DNA of 64,000 nt, from NCBI GenBank assembly GCA_021815205.1, contig JAKAHD010000003.1:27239-91238 (forward strand), written 5' to 3'. Origin of the DNA: a bacterium. Lineage in GTDB: Bacteria; Patescibacteriota; Minisyncoccia; UBA6257; GWB1-50-10. The notes beneath the pieces are model-generated. The model was given only the letters and a program-made list of their open reading frames with translations. It had not been told where the DNA came from and did not search any database. The first letter of the stretch is position 1. Each line of letters opens with the position of its first letter. Both the position numbers and the translations under genes were made by a program. Of the stretch, positions 49,580 to 59,946 are shown piece by piece.

Positions 49580-49740
49580 CTACTCCGCCTTCGTCGGATC
49601 CGGCGGGCAAGCCCGCAAAAAGACGCGAAGGGCGAAGTTTCTTTTTACTGTACCATAGTGCCTAAAAATAAGATCGGGTGCAAGAAGATGCCCCGCATGG
49701 AAATGCCAGAAATCCTATGCTATCATCGAAGGAGAATGAT

Positions 49741-50334
49741 ATGCGTGCATCGTGGAAAAGAATAGGCGTCATCATCACTGCGCTCCTTCTTCTCGCGGGG
49801 GGGATAGTGTATTTCGCCGTTCATACATGGGAGTCGCCGGTTCCCGTTGATTTTACGACGGCACGCAACCACGCGGCGACCGTGAGTCAGAGTATCGTAA
49901 CGCTTACGGAAGATACCAACAAAACGATTCAAGACATTCACACCGCCCAAACCGCCGGAACGACGGACCAGGTGCTCAGCCTTATCGACAACGCGAGAGG
50001 CACGAATGCACAGGCGTATGAGAAGGCCCTCGAGCTCTCGAAGGATCTCCAACGGATGACCGAGTCGCTACACCAGATACAGCCGCGGGCGCGCCAGCAG
50101 ATCGCCTACGAAGCGATCGCGATCGAGCTTTCCCTGACAAGCGAGTTCATCACCTACACCGGCGCCCTGAATGACTTCCTGAACACGCTTGCAAAAACGG
50201 TCACGGCGGGAGGATTCGAAAATCAAAGAGCGCTTTCGGGTAAGCTCGCGACGGTGAATGGGAAGGTGGCGATCATCAACAATCTGAACCGCGAATTCAA
50301 CCAAAAGATGCAGAAATTCGACGCCTCCTTATAA
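49741..50334 (+). CDS. Hypothetical membrane-anchored protein
   Basis: AAGGAGA RBS before ATG 49741; N-terminal TM helix; no known domain. Confidence 0.45.
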   Translation: MRASWKRIGVIITALLLLAGGIVYFAVHTWESPVPVDFTTARNHAATVSQSIVTLTEDTNKTIQDIHTAQTAGTTDQVLSLIDNARGTNAQAYEKALELSKDLQRMTESLHQIQPRARQQIAYEAIAIELSLTSEFITYTGALNDFLNTLAKTVTAGGFENQRALSGKLATVNGKVAIINNLNREFNQKMQKFDASL

Positions 50335-50375
50335 CAACCTCACCTCCTATATAATAGAATCTTAAAAATGAGCAC

Positions 50376-50460
50376 ACGCACAGTTTATATGGCAAAAAAG
50401 TGGGTAGGACTTGGGCTAGCGCCCCGGAGCGCACACTTTTTTGCCATATAAACTGTGCGT
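50376..50460. repeat. Hairpin element with conserved 31-nt loop (copy 2 of 2)
   Basis: 24-bp perfect arms acgcacagtttatatggcaaaaaa / ttttttgccatataaactgtgcgt around same core as 2759-2834 (2 substitutions). Confidence 0.8.
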
Positions 50461-50468
50461 CAACTAAT

Positions 50469-50834
50469 ATGAGACTCATCGGAAAACTATTATTTCACAT
50501 CTTCTCGAACGCGATGGCGCTCCTCATCGCCGCCCAGTTCGTGCAAGGATTCTCGGTGAGCATGGACGTGATCTCGCTCTTCATCGCCGCAGTGATTCTC
50601 ACGGCAATCAACCTGCTCATCCGCCCGATCGTGAAACTCATCCTCGGCCCCCTTATCTTCCTCACATTCGGACTCATTATTATCGCAATTAACGCACTTT
50701 CCCTCTTTATTCTTGACACGGTAAGTTCCTCGATTACAATTCAAGGGATACTTCCCCTTCTTCTTGCGACCCTCATTGTAGGAGCGGTAAATATCATAGT
50801 GGGCGCCGCCGCAAAAGCGGCGTACAAAAACTAA
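50469..50834 (+). CDS. Phage-holin-family-IV-like small membrane protein
   Basis: About 120 aa, 4 TM helices, LINALALL...LRPI pattern reminiscent of Phage_holin_4_2 family. Confidence 0.45.
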   Translation: MRLIGKLLFHIFSNAMALLIAAQFVQGFSVSMDVISLFIAAVILTAINLLIRPIVKLILGPLIFLTFGLIIIAINALSLFILDTVSSSITIQGILPLLLATLIVGAVNIIVGAAAKAAYKN

Positions 50835-50904
50835 ACCCACAAAACCAATCCCGCGCGTTTCCGCGTATCATCCGCGTAAATCCGCGGTTTTGTAAAACAA
50901 AACA

Positions 50905-51114
50905 ATGTTATTCATCGGACAAATCGTCGTCTCCTTTATACTCATCGTGCTCATCCTGCTTCAAGAGCGAACAAGCGGGCTCTCGGGGGTCTTCGGAGGC
51001 GCGGGTGCCACGCCGTACCAAACGCGGCGCGGCCTTGAAAAAACAATCTACTGGGGCACAATCATCGCCGCCGCTATTTTCGCGGTACTCGCCGTACTGA
51101 ATCTGGTCGCGTAA
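50905..51114 (+). CDS. secG: Preprotein translocase subunit SecG
   Basis: 69 aa, two TM, LLQ...GLSGVFGGAG glycine-rich loop. Confidence 0.7.
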   Translation: MLFIGQIVVSFILIVLILLQERTSGLSGVFGGAGATPYQTRRGLEKTIYWGTIIAAAIFAVLAVLNLVA

Positions 51115-51150
51115 ACGCGCCGATTTTGGGACGCGGGTCCGCGCCGCATA

Positions 51151-52767
51151 ATGGCTTTCCTTAAGAAAATATTCTTAAATCTTTCCGCGCAGGAACGGAA
51201 GTTCTTTTTTGTTTCACTTGCGCTATTCGTCATAGCGCTCGCGACCGAAACCGCATTCGCGATACACGATCACAGTGTCTTCGTACCCATCCGAGGCGGC
51301 AGTTACCACGAGGGGTTTGTGGGGCAGCCCATCGCCTTGAACCCGATCGTCTCGAACAATCCGATTGATCAGGAAATGAGCGCCCTTCTCTTCACCCGTC
51401 TCGGCAACCTTCTCTCGGGCTACGACGTAAGCCGTGACGGGAAGAGCTACACCTTGAATCTCAAGGAAAATCTCTTGTGGAGCGATGGACAGCCGCTTAC
51501 GTCTGATGACGTCGTGTTTACCATACACACTATCCAAAACCCCATGAGCAACTCGCCGCTCGCGAAAAATTGGCAGGGAGTTGCCGTTGCACGCGTGAGC
51601 CAGCTCCAGACGAAACTCACGCTTCCCTCCTCGTATGCGTTCTTTCCGGATAATTTCTTGAACCTGCCGGTCATCCCGCAGCACAGCTACGGAAGCATTC
51701 CCGTCGAAAACTTCCGCCTCTCTTCCTACAACCTCGAGCCGGTGGGAAACGGCCCCTACGTCTTCAAAAGTTTTTCGAAACGAAAAGACGGATTCATCAC
51801 CACCTACCATCTTGTTATGAACAAAAACTATGCGGGAGCAAAGCCCTATATCACCGATTTTTACTTCGACTTCTTCCAGAGCACCAAAGATCTTCTCGCG
51901 GCGCTCACGACGCATGACGTAAACGCCTATGGCACGGCGGCGCCCCTTCCTTTCGACGCATCCCAAATGAAAGGGCTCGTCGTGGAACGGATCCCGACGC
52001 CGAACTACTACGCCGTCTTCTTCAATGAAACCAGCAACCCATTCCTGAAGGATAAGTCCCTCCGCGAAGCGCTCATAGAGGCGGTAGATCAGCAGGCGAT
52101 CGTACAAGACGCCCTAGGAGGAAATGCAACTCCCGTGTACGGGCCGCACCTCACGTTCCAGAACGGAACAATCGCACCCGGCAACCCCACCTCGAACCCG
52201 ACGGACGCCGCATCGCGCATCGCCGCGTTTAAGGCGGCGCACCAACGGGAGACGATCGCGCTCACGCTTTCGGTCCCCGACGCGCCTTTCCTGAAAAAAG
52301 TCGCGGACGACATCACGCGGGCGTGGACCAATGCCGGAATCGACAGCGTAAACATTCAGACGTTCAATCCGAACGACCTCTCGGATACTACCGTATCCGC
52401 GAGGAGCTACGATGCGCTCCTCTTCGGAAACGTATTCCAAAATCAGGACGATCTCTTCCCGTTCTGGCACTCTTCCCAACGCGCGTACCCGGGGTACAAT
52501 CTCGCGCTCTACGCGAATCAAAACGTTGATACCGCGATCGAAACGGCGCGTGAGACGCAGAACGATACAACGCGCGCCGCCGCCATCAAAGAAGCGACCT
52601 CGCGCATCACGAACGACGCGCCCGCGCTCTTCCTCTTCTCGCTCCCGTATACGTACGTGCACACGCCCTCGCTTCACGGATTTTCCACTAAGCCGATCAC
52701 GGTTCCCGCCGGCCGTTTTGCAAACGCCGACCAATGGTACACCGCGCAGGTGCGGGTAATCCGATAA
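51151..52767 (+). CDS. Extracellular solute-binding protein, family 5 (peptide/nickel-type SBP)
   Basis: N-terminal anchor, about 530 aa, family 5 SBP-like conserved segments. Confidence 0.55.
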   Translation: MAFLKKIFLNLSAQERKFFFVSLALFVIALATETAFAIHDHSVFVPIRGGSYHEGFVGQPIALNPIVSNNPIDQEMSALLFTRLGNLLSGYDVSRDGKSYTLNLKENLLWSDGQPLTSDDVVFTIHTIQNPMSNSPLAKNWQGVAVARVSQLQTKLTLPSSYAFFPDNFLNLPVIPQHSYGSIPVENFRLSSYNLEPVGNGPYVFKSFSKRKDGFITTYHLVMNKNYAGAKPYITDFYFDFFQSTKDLLAALTTHDVNAYGTAAPLPFDASQMKGLVVERIPTPNYYAVFFNETSNPFLKDKSLREALIEAVDQQAIVQDALGGNATPVYGPHLTFQNGTIAPGNPTSNPTDAASRIAAFKAAHQRETIALTLSVPDAPFLKKVADDITRAWTNAGIDSVNIQTFNPNDLSDTTVSARSYDALLFGNVFQNQDDLFPFWHSSQRAYPGYNLALYANQNVDTAIETARETQNDTTRAAAIKEATSRITNDAPALFLFSLPYTYVHTPSLHGFSTKPITVPAGRFANADQWYTAQVRVIR

Positions 52768-52769
52768 TC

Positions 52770-53774
52770 ATGAACTCTTACGAGAAGAACATCCTCGCGT
52801 TCTCGAACCAGCTTGAAGGAAGAGGGCTCTCCGGGCACGGCATCGAAGCGCTCCGGGGATTTGTTCCCGACGGTATCGTGGTGTGCGGCATGGGCGGATC
52901 CGGAACTATCGGCACCTTCCTTGAACACATGGCGCGCTCGATCGGAATACGCATACCGATCTTGACCGTGAAGGATATCGCGCTCCCTAAGGTCCCCTTC
53001 GCGCATCCACTCTTCATATGCATCTCATTCTCCGGCAACACCAAGGAGACGATCGGCGTGGCACGGGCGGCCTTGAAGGTGCGCGGCGCAAAAGTCGCGC
53101 TCGTCACGACGGGGGGCGCGTTGCTTCGCCTCGCGCTCGCAAAAAAACTGCCCCACGTCACCTTCGATCCTGGGGGCTTGACACCGAGGGGCGCTTCTGG
53201 TTATATGTATTATGCCACGCTTGAGATTATAAAAAAGGTGCTCCCCATGCGAGTACCGAAGATCTCAAAGCTAATCTCTCCTTCGCGTATTCGGACACAA
53301 GGAAAAGAACTTGCGAGAAAGTTCGCGGGAACGAACGTCTTGGTCTACAGTTCTTTCCGAAATGCGCACATCGGGTATATTTGGAAAACGAATCTGAATG
53401 AAACGGGGAAGGTGCCCGCTTTCGCGAATACCTACCCCGAGATCTACCACAACGAGATTGTGGGGTTTGAAAAAACAAGAGTCGGATGGAGCGCGCTATG
53501 GCTCATAGAGCGACACATCGCACCGCACGAGGCGCGGCGTCTCAAGAGCGTGCGGGAACTGCTTACGTCACGCGGAATACGGCACATCGTCGTGCCACTC
53601 AAAGGAAAGAACCCGCTCGAGGAGCTGTGGTATGCGGTCATTCTTTCGCATTGGGCAAGCATGTATCTCGCGGAGATGCGGCATATCGACCCCACGGCGA
53701 CACGCGCGATCGATACATTAAAAAATAAATCATCCTCCGAAGGAGGATCCGCCTCCGGAGGAAAAAAAGAATAG
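52770..53774 (+). CDS. Bifunctional phosphoglucose/phosphomannose isomerase-like SIS protein
   Basis: Two SIS-like halves, CGMGGSGTIG motif; ATG 52770 overlaps upstream stop by 1 codon spacing. Confidence 0.5.
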   Translation: MNSYEKNILAFSNQLEGRGLSGHGIEALRGFVPDGIVVCGMGGSGTIGTFLEHMARSIGIRIPILTVKDIALPKVPFAHPLFICISFSGNTKETIGVARAALKVRGAKVALVTTGGALLRLALAKKLPHVTFDPGGLTPRGASGYMYYATLEIIKKVLPMRVPKISKLISPSRIRTQGKELARKFAGTNVLVYSSFRNAHIGYIWKTNLNETGKVPAFANTYPEIYHNEIVGFEKTRVGWSALWLIERHIAPHEARRLKSVRELLTSRGIRHIVVPLKGKNPLEELWYAVILSHWASMYLAEMRHIDPTATRAIDTLKNKSSSEGGSASGGKKE

Positions 53775-53853
53775 TTGCGGAGATGGCGAAATTGGCAGGC
53801 CTGCCTGCGGCAGGCGGGCACGCAGGGTTACCCCGTACTTTCCAAAAGCATAA

Positions 53854-53935
53854 GGGGATGTGGCGAAATTGGCAGACGCGCACGCTTCAGGGGCGTGTGA
53901 GGCAACTCATGTGGGTTCAAGTCCCACCATCCCCA
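53854..53935 (+). tRNA. tRNA-Leu (CAG), class II with long variable arm, no encoded CCA
   Basis: Acceptor GGGGATG/CATCCCC, 3-bp D stem, anticodon loop TTCAGGG, variable hairpin TGAG GCAA CTCA, T GTGGG TTCAAGT CCCAC, A73. Confidence 0.75.
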
Positions 53936-54152
53936 CAAAAAAGGAATTTTTAATTTACAATTTCTAATTTTTAATCAATTTTTAAGACAAAAATGTTTTA
54001 ATTTTTAAAATTAGAACATTCGCTCATTGATTAAAAATTTCAAATTAAAAATTCAAAAATTCTTCAATGAAGTAATCGGTTTTTCGCGTTTTCCTGAATT
54101 CAATCAGCAGTGAAGAAAATTCTAGAGACTTGCGCGAAGAGCTAAATAACGT

Positions 54153-55952
54153 ATGCCTCACACGGCACCACGGAGCAGAAAAAAGGCCGGAGAAAGAAGG
54201 TCCTCGTACGGGCCGCCTTCCGCGTACGCCGGACCCGCACGCGAAAGAGCGCACGCCGCCCCCAAAGAACGGGAAGAAAAAGAGAACGAACGCGATCACG
54301 TGAATTTGGTTGCGCTGGGCGGGCTCGAGGAAATCGGCCGCAATATGTCCTACATCGAGTACAAGGATGAGATTGTCATCGTTGATATGGGGATCCAGTT
54401 TCCCGAAGAGACGACGCCGGGAATCGACTTTATCATCCCGAACGTCTCCTCGCTCGAGCCGAAGAAATCGCGTATCAAGGCGCTTGTTTTGACGCACGCG
54501 CATTTCGATCATATCGGCGCGCTCCCGTATCTCATGGAGAAGATCGGAAATCCTCCCGTCTACACGATGGAACTCACGAAAGCCATGATCCAAAAACGGC
54601 AGGAGGAATTCACGAATGCCCCGAAATTGCACGTCGAAACGGTGAAGTACCGGGATAAAAAGAAAATCGGCCAGTATCTCGAGCTTGAATTTTTCGGCGT
54701 GGATCATACGGTGCCCGAGACGACGGGCGTCGTCATAAAAACGCCGGTCGGGAACATCGTGCACTTTGCCGATTTCCGGATCGAGTATAACGAGAAGGGA
54801 GAGGCGCAAAACATCAGCGAGTTCAAACGCATCGGCGAATTGGGCATTCACACGTTCATGATCGACAGCACGAACGCGGATATAGAAGGACGCTCACTCT
54901 CCGAAAAAAACATCGAAAAAAACCTTGAGGAAATATTCACGCGGGCCCAAGGGCGCATTATTCTCACGACATTTTCCTCGATGCTCACCCGCATCGCGGA
55001 GATTATCAAGATCGCCGAACGCCTCGGAAAAAAGGTGGCGATTAACGGCCGTTCGATGAAAGAGGGTGTGCAGATCGCGCAATCCTTGGGCTACATCAAG
55101 GCGAAGAAAGATACGTTGATCCCCGTCGAGGATGTCCACAAATATGCGGATAATAAGATATTAGTCCTCACGACCGGCTCGCAGGGGCAGGAAAACGCCG
55201 GCCTCATGAGAATCATCATGGGCGAGCATCGTCATATACGCATAAAGGCGGGCGATATGGTGCTTTTCTCCTCTTCCGCGATTCCGGGAAATGAGCGGAG
55301 TATCCAGAACCTCAAGGATAATCTCTGCCGCCAAGGCGCAATCGTGATCACTTCATCGATCATTGATATCCACGTAAGCGGACACGCTCCCAAGGATGAT
55401 CTTGAGGCGGTCATCAAGCTCATCAAGCCGAAATTTCTTATGCCTGTGCACGGCCATTACTTTAAACGAATGGCAAATGGACAGAATGGCGTTGCGGCGG
55501 GCATGAAACCGGATCAGATACGGCTTTTGGATAACGGTCAGATCGCGCATCTTACGAAGGACGAGTTTGTTGTCACAAAAGAGTTCGTCCCCGCGAATTA
55601 CGTCATGGTGGACGGCCTTGGCGTGGGAGATGTGGGGGAGATTGTGCTCCGCGATCGGCGCATGCTCGCGCAGGAAGGAATGTTCGTCATTATCACGACC
55701 CTCGACAAAAAGACGGGGCGGGTTTTGAAGAATCCGGATATTATCTCGCGCGGCTTCATCTATCTCAAGGAAAACCAGATACTCCTGGATGAAATCAGAA
55801 AAAGGGTGCGCGGCATCATCGGCCGCATCCCCCGCTATCAACCTCCGGATCCCGACTATGTGAAATCGTTGATCCGCGACCAGATCGGGCAATTCTTGTA
55901 CAACAAAACGAAAAGACGCCCTATGGTATTGCCCGTTTTAATCGAAATCTAG
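54153..55952 (+). CDS. rnj: Ribonuclease J (metallo-beta-lactamase/beta-CASP) with basic N-terminal extension
   Basis: LGGLEEIGRNM, HAHFDHIGALPYL motif II, beta-CASP and C-terminal domain. Confidence 0.85.
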   Translation: MPHTAPRSRKKAGERRSSYGPPSAYAGPARERAHAAPKEREEKENERDHVNLVALGGLEEIGRNMSYIEYKDEIVIVDMGIQFPEETTPGIDFIIPNVSSLEPKKSRIKALVLTHAHFDHIGALPYLMEKIGNPPVYTMELTKAMIQKRQEEFTNAPKLHVETVKYRDKKKIGQYLELEFFGVDHTVPETTGVVIKTPVGNIVHFADFRIEYNEKGEAQNISEFKRIGELGIHTFMIDSTNADIEGRSLSEKNIEKNLEEIFTRAQGRIILTTFSSMLTRIAEIIKIAERLGKKVAINGRSMKEGVQIAQSLGYIKAKKDTLIPVEDVHKYADNKILVLTTGSQGQENAGLMRIIMGEHRHIRIKAGDMVLFSSSAIPGNERSIQNLKDNLCRQGAIVITSSIIDIHVSGHAPKDDLEAVIKLIKPKFLMPVHGHYFKRMANGQNGVAAGMKPDQIRLLDNGQIAHLTKDEFVVTKEFVPANYVMVDGLGVGDVGEIVLRDRRMLAQEGMFVIITTLDKKTGRVLKNPDIISRGFIYLKENQILLDEIRKRVRGIIGRIPRYQPPDPDYVKSLIRDQIGQFLYNKTKRRPMVLPVLIEI

Positions 55953-56121
55953 ACGCAGGAAATATACACGAATTGCTCACAAATTTCACGAACGACTTGG
56001 GTTTGCGTTGTTCGTGGAGCCATCCCCCACATTATTATGTGGGGGATTGACTTATGAGTAAACAAGTGCTATTATACCGTCAGCAAAATTAACAATTCTA
56101 TAATCAATAAATTAAAGGAGG

Positions 56122-57327
56122 TTGTTCATGGAACAACAAGAAACTAGTATCACAACGGAAACTTTCACGCCGAATCCGAACATTAAATTGGTTCTGAATG
56201 GCGGGAAAACTACGCTTGACAGCGCAACTGTGCCGGTCGAGTGGCATTTTTCGGATGAACTCATCGCAAAAAAGCCGCGCTACATTGTGATCTGCGATCA
56301 CGAAATGCCGATTGAGAAGCTGAAAGATAAGATCTCCTACTGTGGAGGTTATCGAACTGCATTCTCAGTGAGAGATCTCGCAGGTTACATACAAATCCAC
56401 AAACCGGGAAGTCACCATTTTATTGCAATCGTTTTCTACGATTATAATGACGGTAAGGGGTTATCTGGATTGTCACGCGCAAGACAATGGATTTCCGGGA
56501 AGAACGGACAATATGATTACGGCATCTTCTACGATTGTCTCAAGGACGACTCCATGGCTACATGGAACGCGGAAGTGACTGCGGTCGAATTCGAAGTTCC
56601 GAAGGAACTCTTCGCCGAAAAATCGGAGACATGGTTTGGCACATTAACATGGAAATGGGTAAATCGGTGGTTCTCTCATGCGCCCGTCGATCAATGCGAA
56701 TACCGGAAAAGAAAGGTTTTCGCATTCACCGCGCAGCCTTTCCTGCTGTTCATTGGTCGTTTGATCGCGGGAATATTCTGTACCTTTTATTCATTGGTCG
56801 GGGCTTTGTGTCTACTTTTCATCGGCTTTCAACCGAGTAATATCTTCAAAAATCTTCTACACTCTTGGTGGAACTTGAATTTGTTCGACTTAGACCTTCG
56901 AAACACCAATGAGTGGGGCTATAAGAACGACTGGAGGAAATGGACGAGAAAGGACCGCTCGCGAAGAAAAATCCCCCTATTTGCCGTGCCAGCACTAGAT
57001 GTAGTCGCACTTGGAGCGATGGCGGGACTTATTTTTCTTGTTGTACATCATACCATGATGTTCCTTTTCTTATCTCTTATTGCAATCTACGCCTCCGTAG
57101 TTGCAAAAATATACAGCAATGTAGTAAAATCGCGTGAAAAGAAAGAAGAGGTAAAGAAGGAGATTATGGACTTCCACCTTGAATACTTAAAAAAGAATGC
57201 TGGCATGAGTTCGGTGCCGGCAAGCGTGGACATAAGGAGCATCATCCCGAAAGTGGATAATAGAACAAAATTGCATTTAAGCTTTTGGGCTATGAAAGCG
57301 AAAGTGTGCAAACCTTTCGCAAATTGA
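56122..57327 (+). CDS. Hypothetical protein: about 190-aa soluble N-domain plus C-terminal TM helices, in lower-GC islet
   Basis: Strong AAAGGAGG RBS; sigma70-like TTGACT-17-TATTAT upstream; noticeably lower GC than neighbours; no recognisable domain. Confidence 0.5.
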   Translation: MFMEQQETSITTETFTPNPNIKLVLNGGKTTLDSATVPVEWHFSDELIAKKPRYIVICDHEMPIEKLKDKISYCGGYRTAFSVRDLAGYIQIHKPGSHHFIAIVFYDYNDGKGLSGLSRARQWISGKNGQYDYGIFYDCLKDDSMATWNAEVTAVEFEVPKELFAEKSETWFGTLTWKWVNRWFSHAPVDQCEYRKRKVFAFTAQPFLLFIGRLIAGIFCTFYSLVGALCLLFIGFQPSNIFKNLLHSWWNLNLFDLDLRNTNEWGYKNDWRKWTRKDRSRRKIPLFAVPALDVVALGAMAGLIFLVVHHTMMFLFLSLIAIYASVVAKIYSNVVKSREKKEEVKKEIMDFHLEYLKKNAGMSSVPASVDIRSIIPKVDNRTKLHLSFWAMKAKVCKPFAN

Positions 57328-57433
57328 CGCGGGAGGAAATTTGGATCAATTTTAAGAGCCGATTTTTTCGGCTCTTCCATTTTGATAAACCCGTTAAACC
57401 CTATATACTATAAATGAATCCCTATATACGCGT

Positions 57434-57790
57434 ATGGTCACAAAACCCATCCTCGTCTCCGACACCATTACCGAAGAAAAGGTAAAAGAGCTTGCTCGAG
57501 AATGGTTCGATTCGATCATAAAAGGCGCCATTGATATCAGGAGGGAGATTATTGCGCTCGGAGGGGAGTACCATATCGATGCGCAGGACATACTAATTGA
57601 GAATGGTTCAAATCCGGAAGATACGTGGGGATTCAACATACTCCTCGACTCCGACAAGGTGCTCGCGGAACGGATTGAGTTCATATCCCTCATCAATATC
57701 CGTCCCGCAGAGGGAAATCGGGGCATGGAGATACAAGACGAGGAGATAAAAAAGAAAATAAGGACGATTATAGAGAAACGAATATCATGA
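57434..57790 (+). CDS. Small hypothetical protein (DUF5674-like pattern)
   Basis: 118 aa; ...IALGGEYHIDAQDILIENGS...WGFNIL pattern; 4-bp overlap with next ORF. Confidence 0.4.
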   Translation: MVTKPILVSDTITEEKVKELAREWFDSIIKGAIDIRREIIALGGEYHIDAQDILIENGSNPEDTWGFNILLDSDKVLAERIEFISLINIRPAEGNRGMEIQDEEIKKKIRTIIEKRIS

Positions 57791-58083
57791 TGGGAGCGCG
57801 CACCACAACTTTTTATATGGCGAATCTTGGGAGCGAACTCCTGCGGATGCTTGCCGCACGAGAAAGGAATGATGAAAAAGCGTTCCGTGAATCGGCGAGA
57901 CGGTCGCTCGCGCTCGCCGACTCCGCGCTCGCGCGTGAACACGCAAGAGGACGGGAGGAAATACTCACGCTCAAAAAAATAATCAACGACTTCCTTGGGG
58001 GCGAGGCGCGGTATGCCATCACAAAAAAAGAGATAGAATCTTATTTCTTCCCCTTCGCAATAAAACAAATGGAAATGTCGTAA
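57787..58083 (+). CDS. Small hypothetical helical protein, translationally coupled to previous ORF
   Basis: 98 aa, ATGA overlap, predicted all-helical. Confidence 0.35.
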   Translation: MMGARTTTFYMANLGSELLRMLAARERNDEKAFRESARRSLALADSALAREHARGREEILTLKKIINDFLGGEARYAITKKEIESYFFPFAIKQMEMS

Positions 58084-58118
58084 GTGCCACCTGCCGATTA
58101 CTCATTGCTACAAATATC

Positions 58119-59111
58119 ATGAAACCAATATTAGTCTCCGGCATTCAGCCGACCGGAAAGTTGCATATCGGCAACTACCTCGGGGCATTGAAGAACTTTG
58201 TGGAGCTTCAGAATTCCGGGAAGTACCAGTGCTTCTTTTTCGTTGCGGATCTTCACTCCCTGACCAAAGAGTACGACCCGAAGGAAAAGCCGAAGCAGAT
58301 CGAGAACCTCATTCTCGACTTTTTTGCGGCGGGCATCGACCCTAAGAAATCGGTGACCTTTGTCCAGTCCGCAATTCCCGCTCACAGCGAGCTCGCATGG
58401 ATTTTGAATACCATCACCCCGTTCGGAGAACTGCTCCGCATGACCCAGTTCAAGGACAAGTCCGGCGCGGCGCCGCAAAACATCAACGCCGGCCTCTTCG
58501 ACTACCCCGTGCTTATGGCGGCGGATATCTTCCTCTATAACGCGCGGTTCGTGCCTGTGGGAGAAGATCAACTGCAGCACCTCGAGCTCGCCCGTACGCT
58601 CACACGAAAATTTAATTCGAAATTCGGCAAAATATTTATGGAACCCTTCCCCGTGATGACCGAGGTGCCGCGCCTCATGAGTATGGACGATCCGACGCAC
58701 AAGATGTCGAAGTCGCGGCCCGAAGGATGCCTCTTTTTAGACGATGAGCCCGACGTGATTCGAAAGAAGATTACGCGCGCCGTAACCGATTCCGAAACCG
58801 AGGTGCGAATGGACGTGGAACGAAAGCCCGCGATTTCGAACCTGATGCGCATCTACTCCGCGATGACCGGAAAGAACTTCATGGAGATTGAGGAATGTTT
58901 CAAAGGTAAGGGTTACGGCGAGTTCAAGAAAGCACTTGCGGAAGCGGCCGTGAAGGGCCTCGCGCCGTTCCAAAAGAAGAAAAAAGAACTTAAAAAACAC
59001 CGCGCCGCACTCCAAAAAATCATCACGGCGGGAAATAAAAAAGCGAGTGTAATCGCATCGAAAAAACTCCTTACCATCAAGAGAAAACTGGGGCTTTCCG
59101 CTTTTTCTTAG
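58119..59111 (+). CDS. trpS: Tryptophan--tRNA ligase
   Basis: GIQPTGKLHIGNYLGA (HIGH), KMSKS present, class I TrpRS length. Confidence 0.9.
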   Translation: MKPILVSGIQPTGKLHIGNYLGALKNFVELQNSGKYQCFFFVADLHSLTKEYDPKEKPKQIENLILDFFAAGIDPKKSVTFVQSAIPAHSELAWILNTITPFGELLRMTQFKDKSGAAPQNINAGLFDYPVLMAADIFLYNARFVPVGEDQLQHLELARTLTRKFNSKFGKIFMEPFPVMTEVPRLMSMDDPTHKMSKSRPEGCLFLDDEPDVIRKKITRAVTDSETEVRMDVERKPAISNLMRIYSAMTGKNFMEIEECFKGKGYGEFKKALAEAAVKGLAPFQKKKKELKKHRAALQKIITAGNKKASVIASKKLLTIKRKLGLSAFS

Positions 59112-59114
59112 AGA

Positions 59115-59942
59115 TTAAATAAAAATGCGGAGGTTCGCTTGTATGTCTTCAAACACCCTATCGCGCATTCCACTGTCTGGAATGTGTTTTTCTTTCTCCC
59201 GAAGAATCTCTCTAAAAAGCTTCGCCGATTTCTCATACACAGCCGTAATGTTGTGTTTTTTCAACTTCGCGGCATACGCCCCGAACGTCTCAAGTTGCAT
59301 AATGATTTCCTCAAGTATTTGAAACTGGATCGGGTGTATGGCAAGTTTTTTATTTTCCCGTTCAAGCCACAATTCAGAGAGTTCTTTCACCGTAGCAACA
59401 TCAGCGCCAATTACTACCCTTGGAATCTGCCCTAATTCGCCGCGGATATTCATATGATCAGAGATAAAATATTTCACCGTGGCAAGTTTCCCTTGCACGA
59501 GCTCTTCTTTTATGCGATCAAATTTTTTCTGCGTGTCGGAACTAAATGTGGCGTCAATTGCGAGCGCGAGATATGAAGCGGATGATTCCGTTTCACGGAG
59601 CTCAGCGACGCTGTCTACTCCGTTCTTCACATCATCAAAACGCGATGTTTTTATGGTTGTCACATTGGGCCCAAGCCACTCATTCAACTCTGCCTGTTCA
59701 TGCAACACGCATTCGAAAATGGTGGCTAATTTTTCCGTATGTGCGCGTGATGGATCTTCCTGCACTCTGAATTTTCTTTCCATCTCTGCAACATATTTTT
59801 CATCTTGTACAATATTTTCTTCACCGTATAAATCCTTGAAATCGCCTAATGGTATGCGTTCGCGCGCGAGCGTTTTTTCTGCGGTAATATACGCTTGATC
59901 TATCGCTAAATTCTCGTAGATATCAGACTCAAAATTTTTCAT
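59115..59942 (-). CDS. Hypothetical protein (lower-GC, no recognisable domain)
   Basis: 275-aa ORF with coding-like composition; between trpS and ileS. Confidence 0.4.
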   Translation of the reverse strand: MKNFESDIYENLAIDQAYITAEKTLARERIPLGDFKDLYGEENIVQDEKYVAEMERKFRVQEDPSRAHTEKLATIFECVLHEQAELNEWLGPNVTTIKTSRFDDVKNGVDSVAELRETESSASYLALAIDATFSSDTQKKFDRIKEELVQGKLATVKYFISDHMNIRGELGQIPRVVIGADVATVKELSELWLERENKKLAIHPIQFQILEEIIMQLETFGAYAAKLKKHNITAVYEKSAKLFREILREKEKHIPDSGMRDRVFEDIQANLRIFI

Positions 59943-59946
59943 AGCG

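Noticed and set aside
54045-54851. 268-aa minus-strand ORF
   Set aside because: Entirely antisense to RNase J, whose domain content is unambiguous; no independent support
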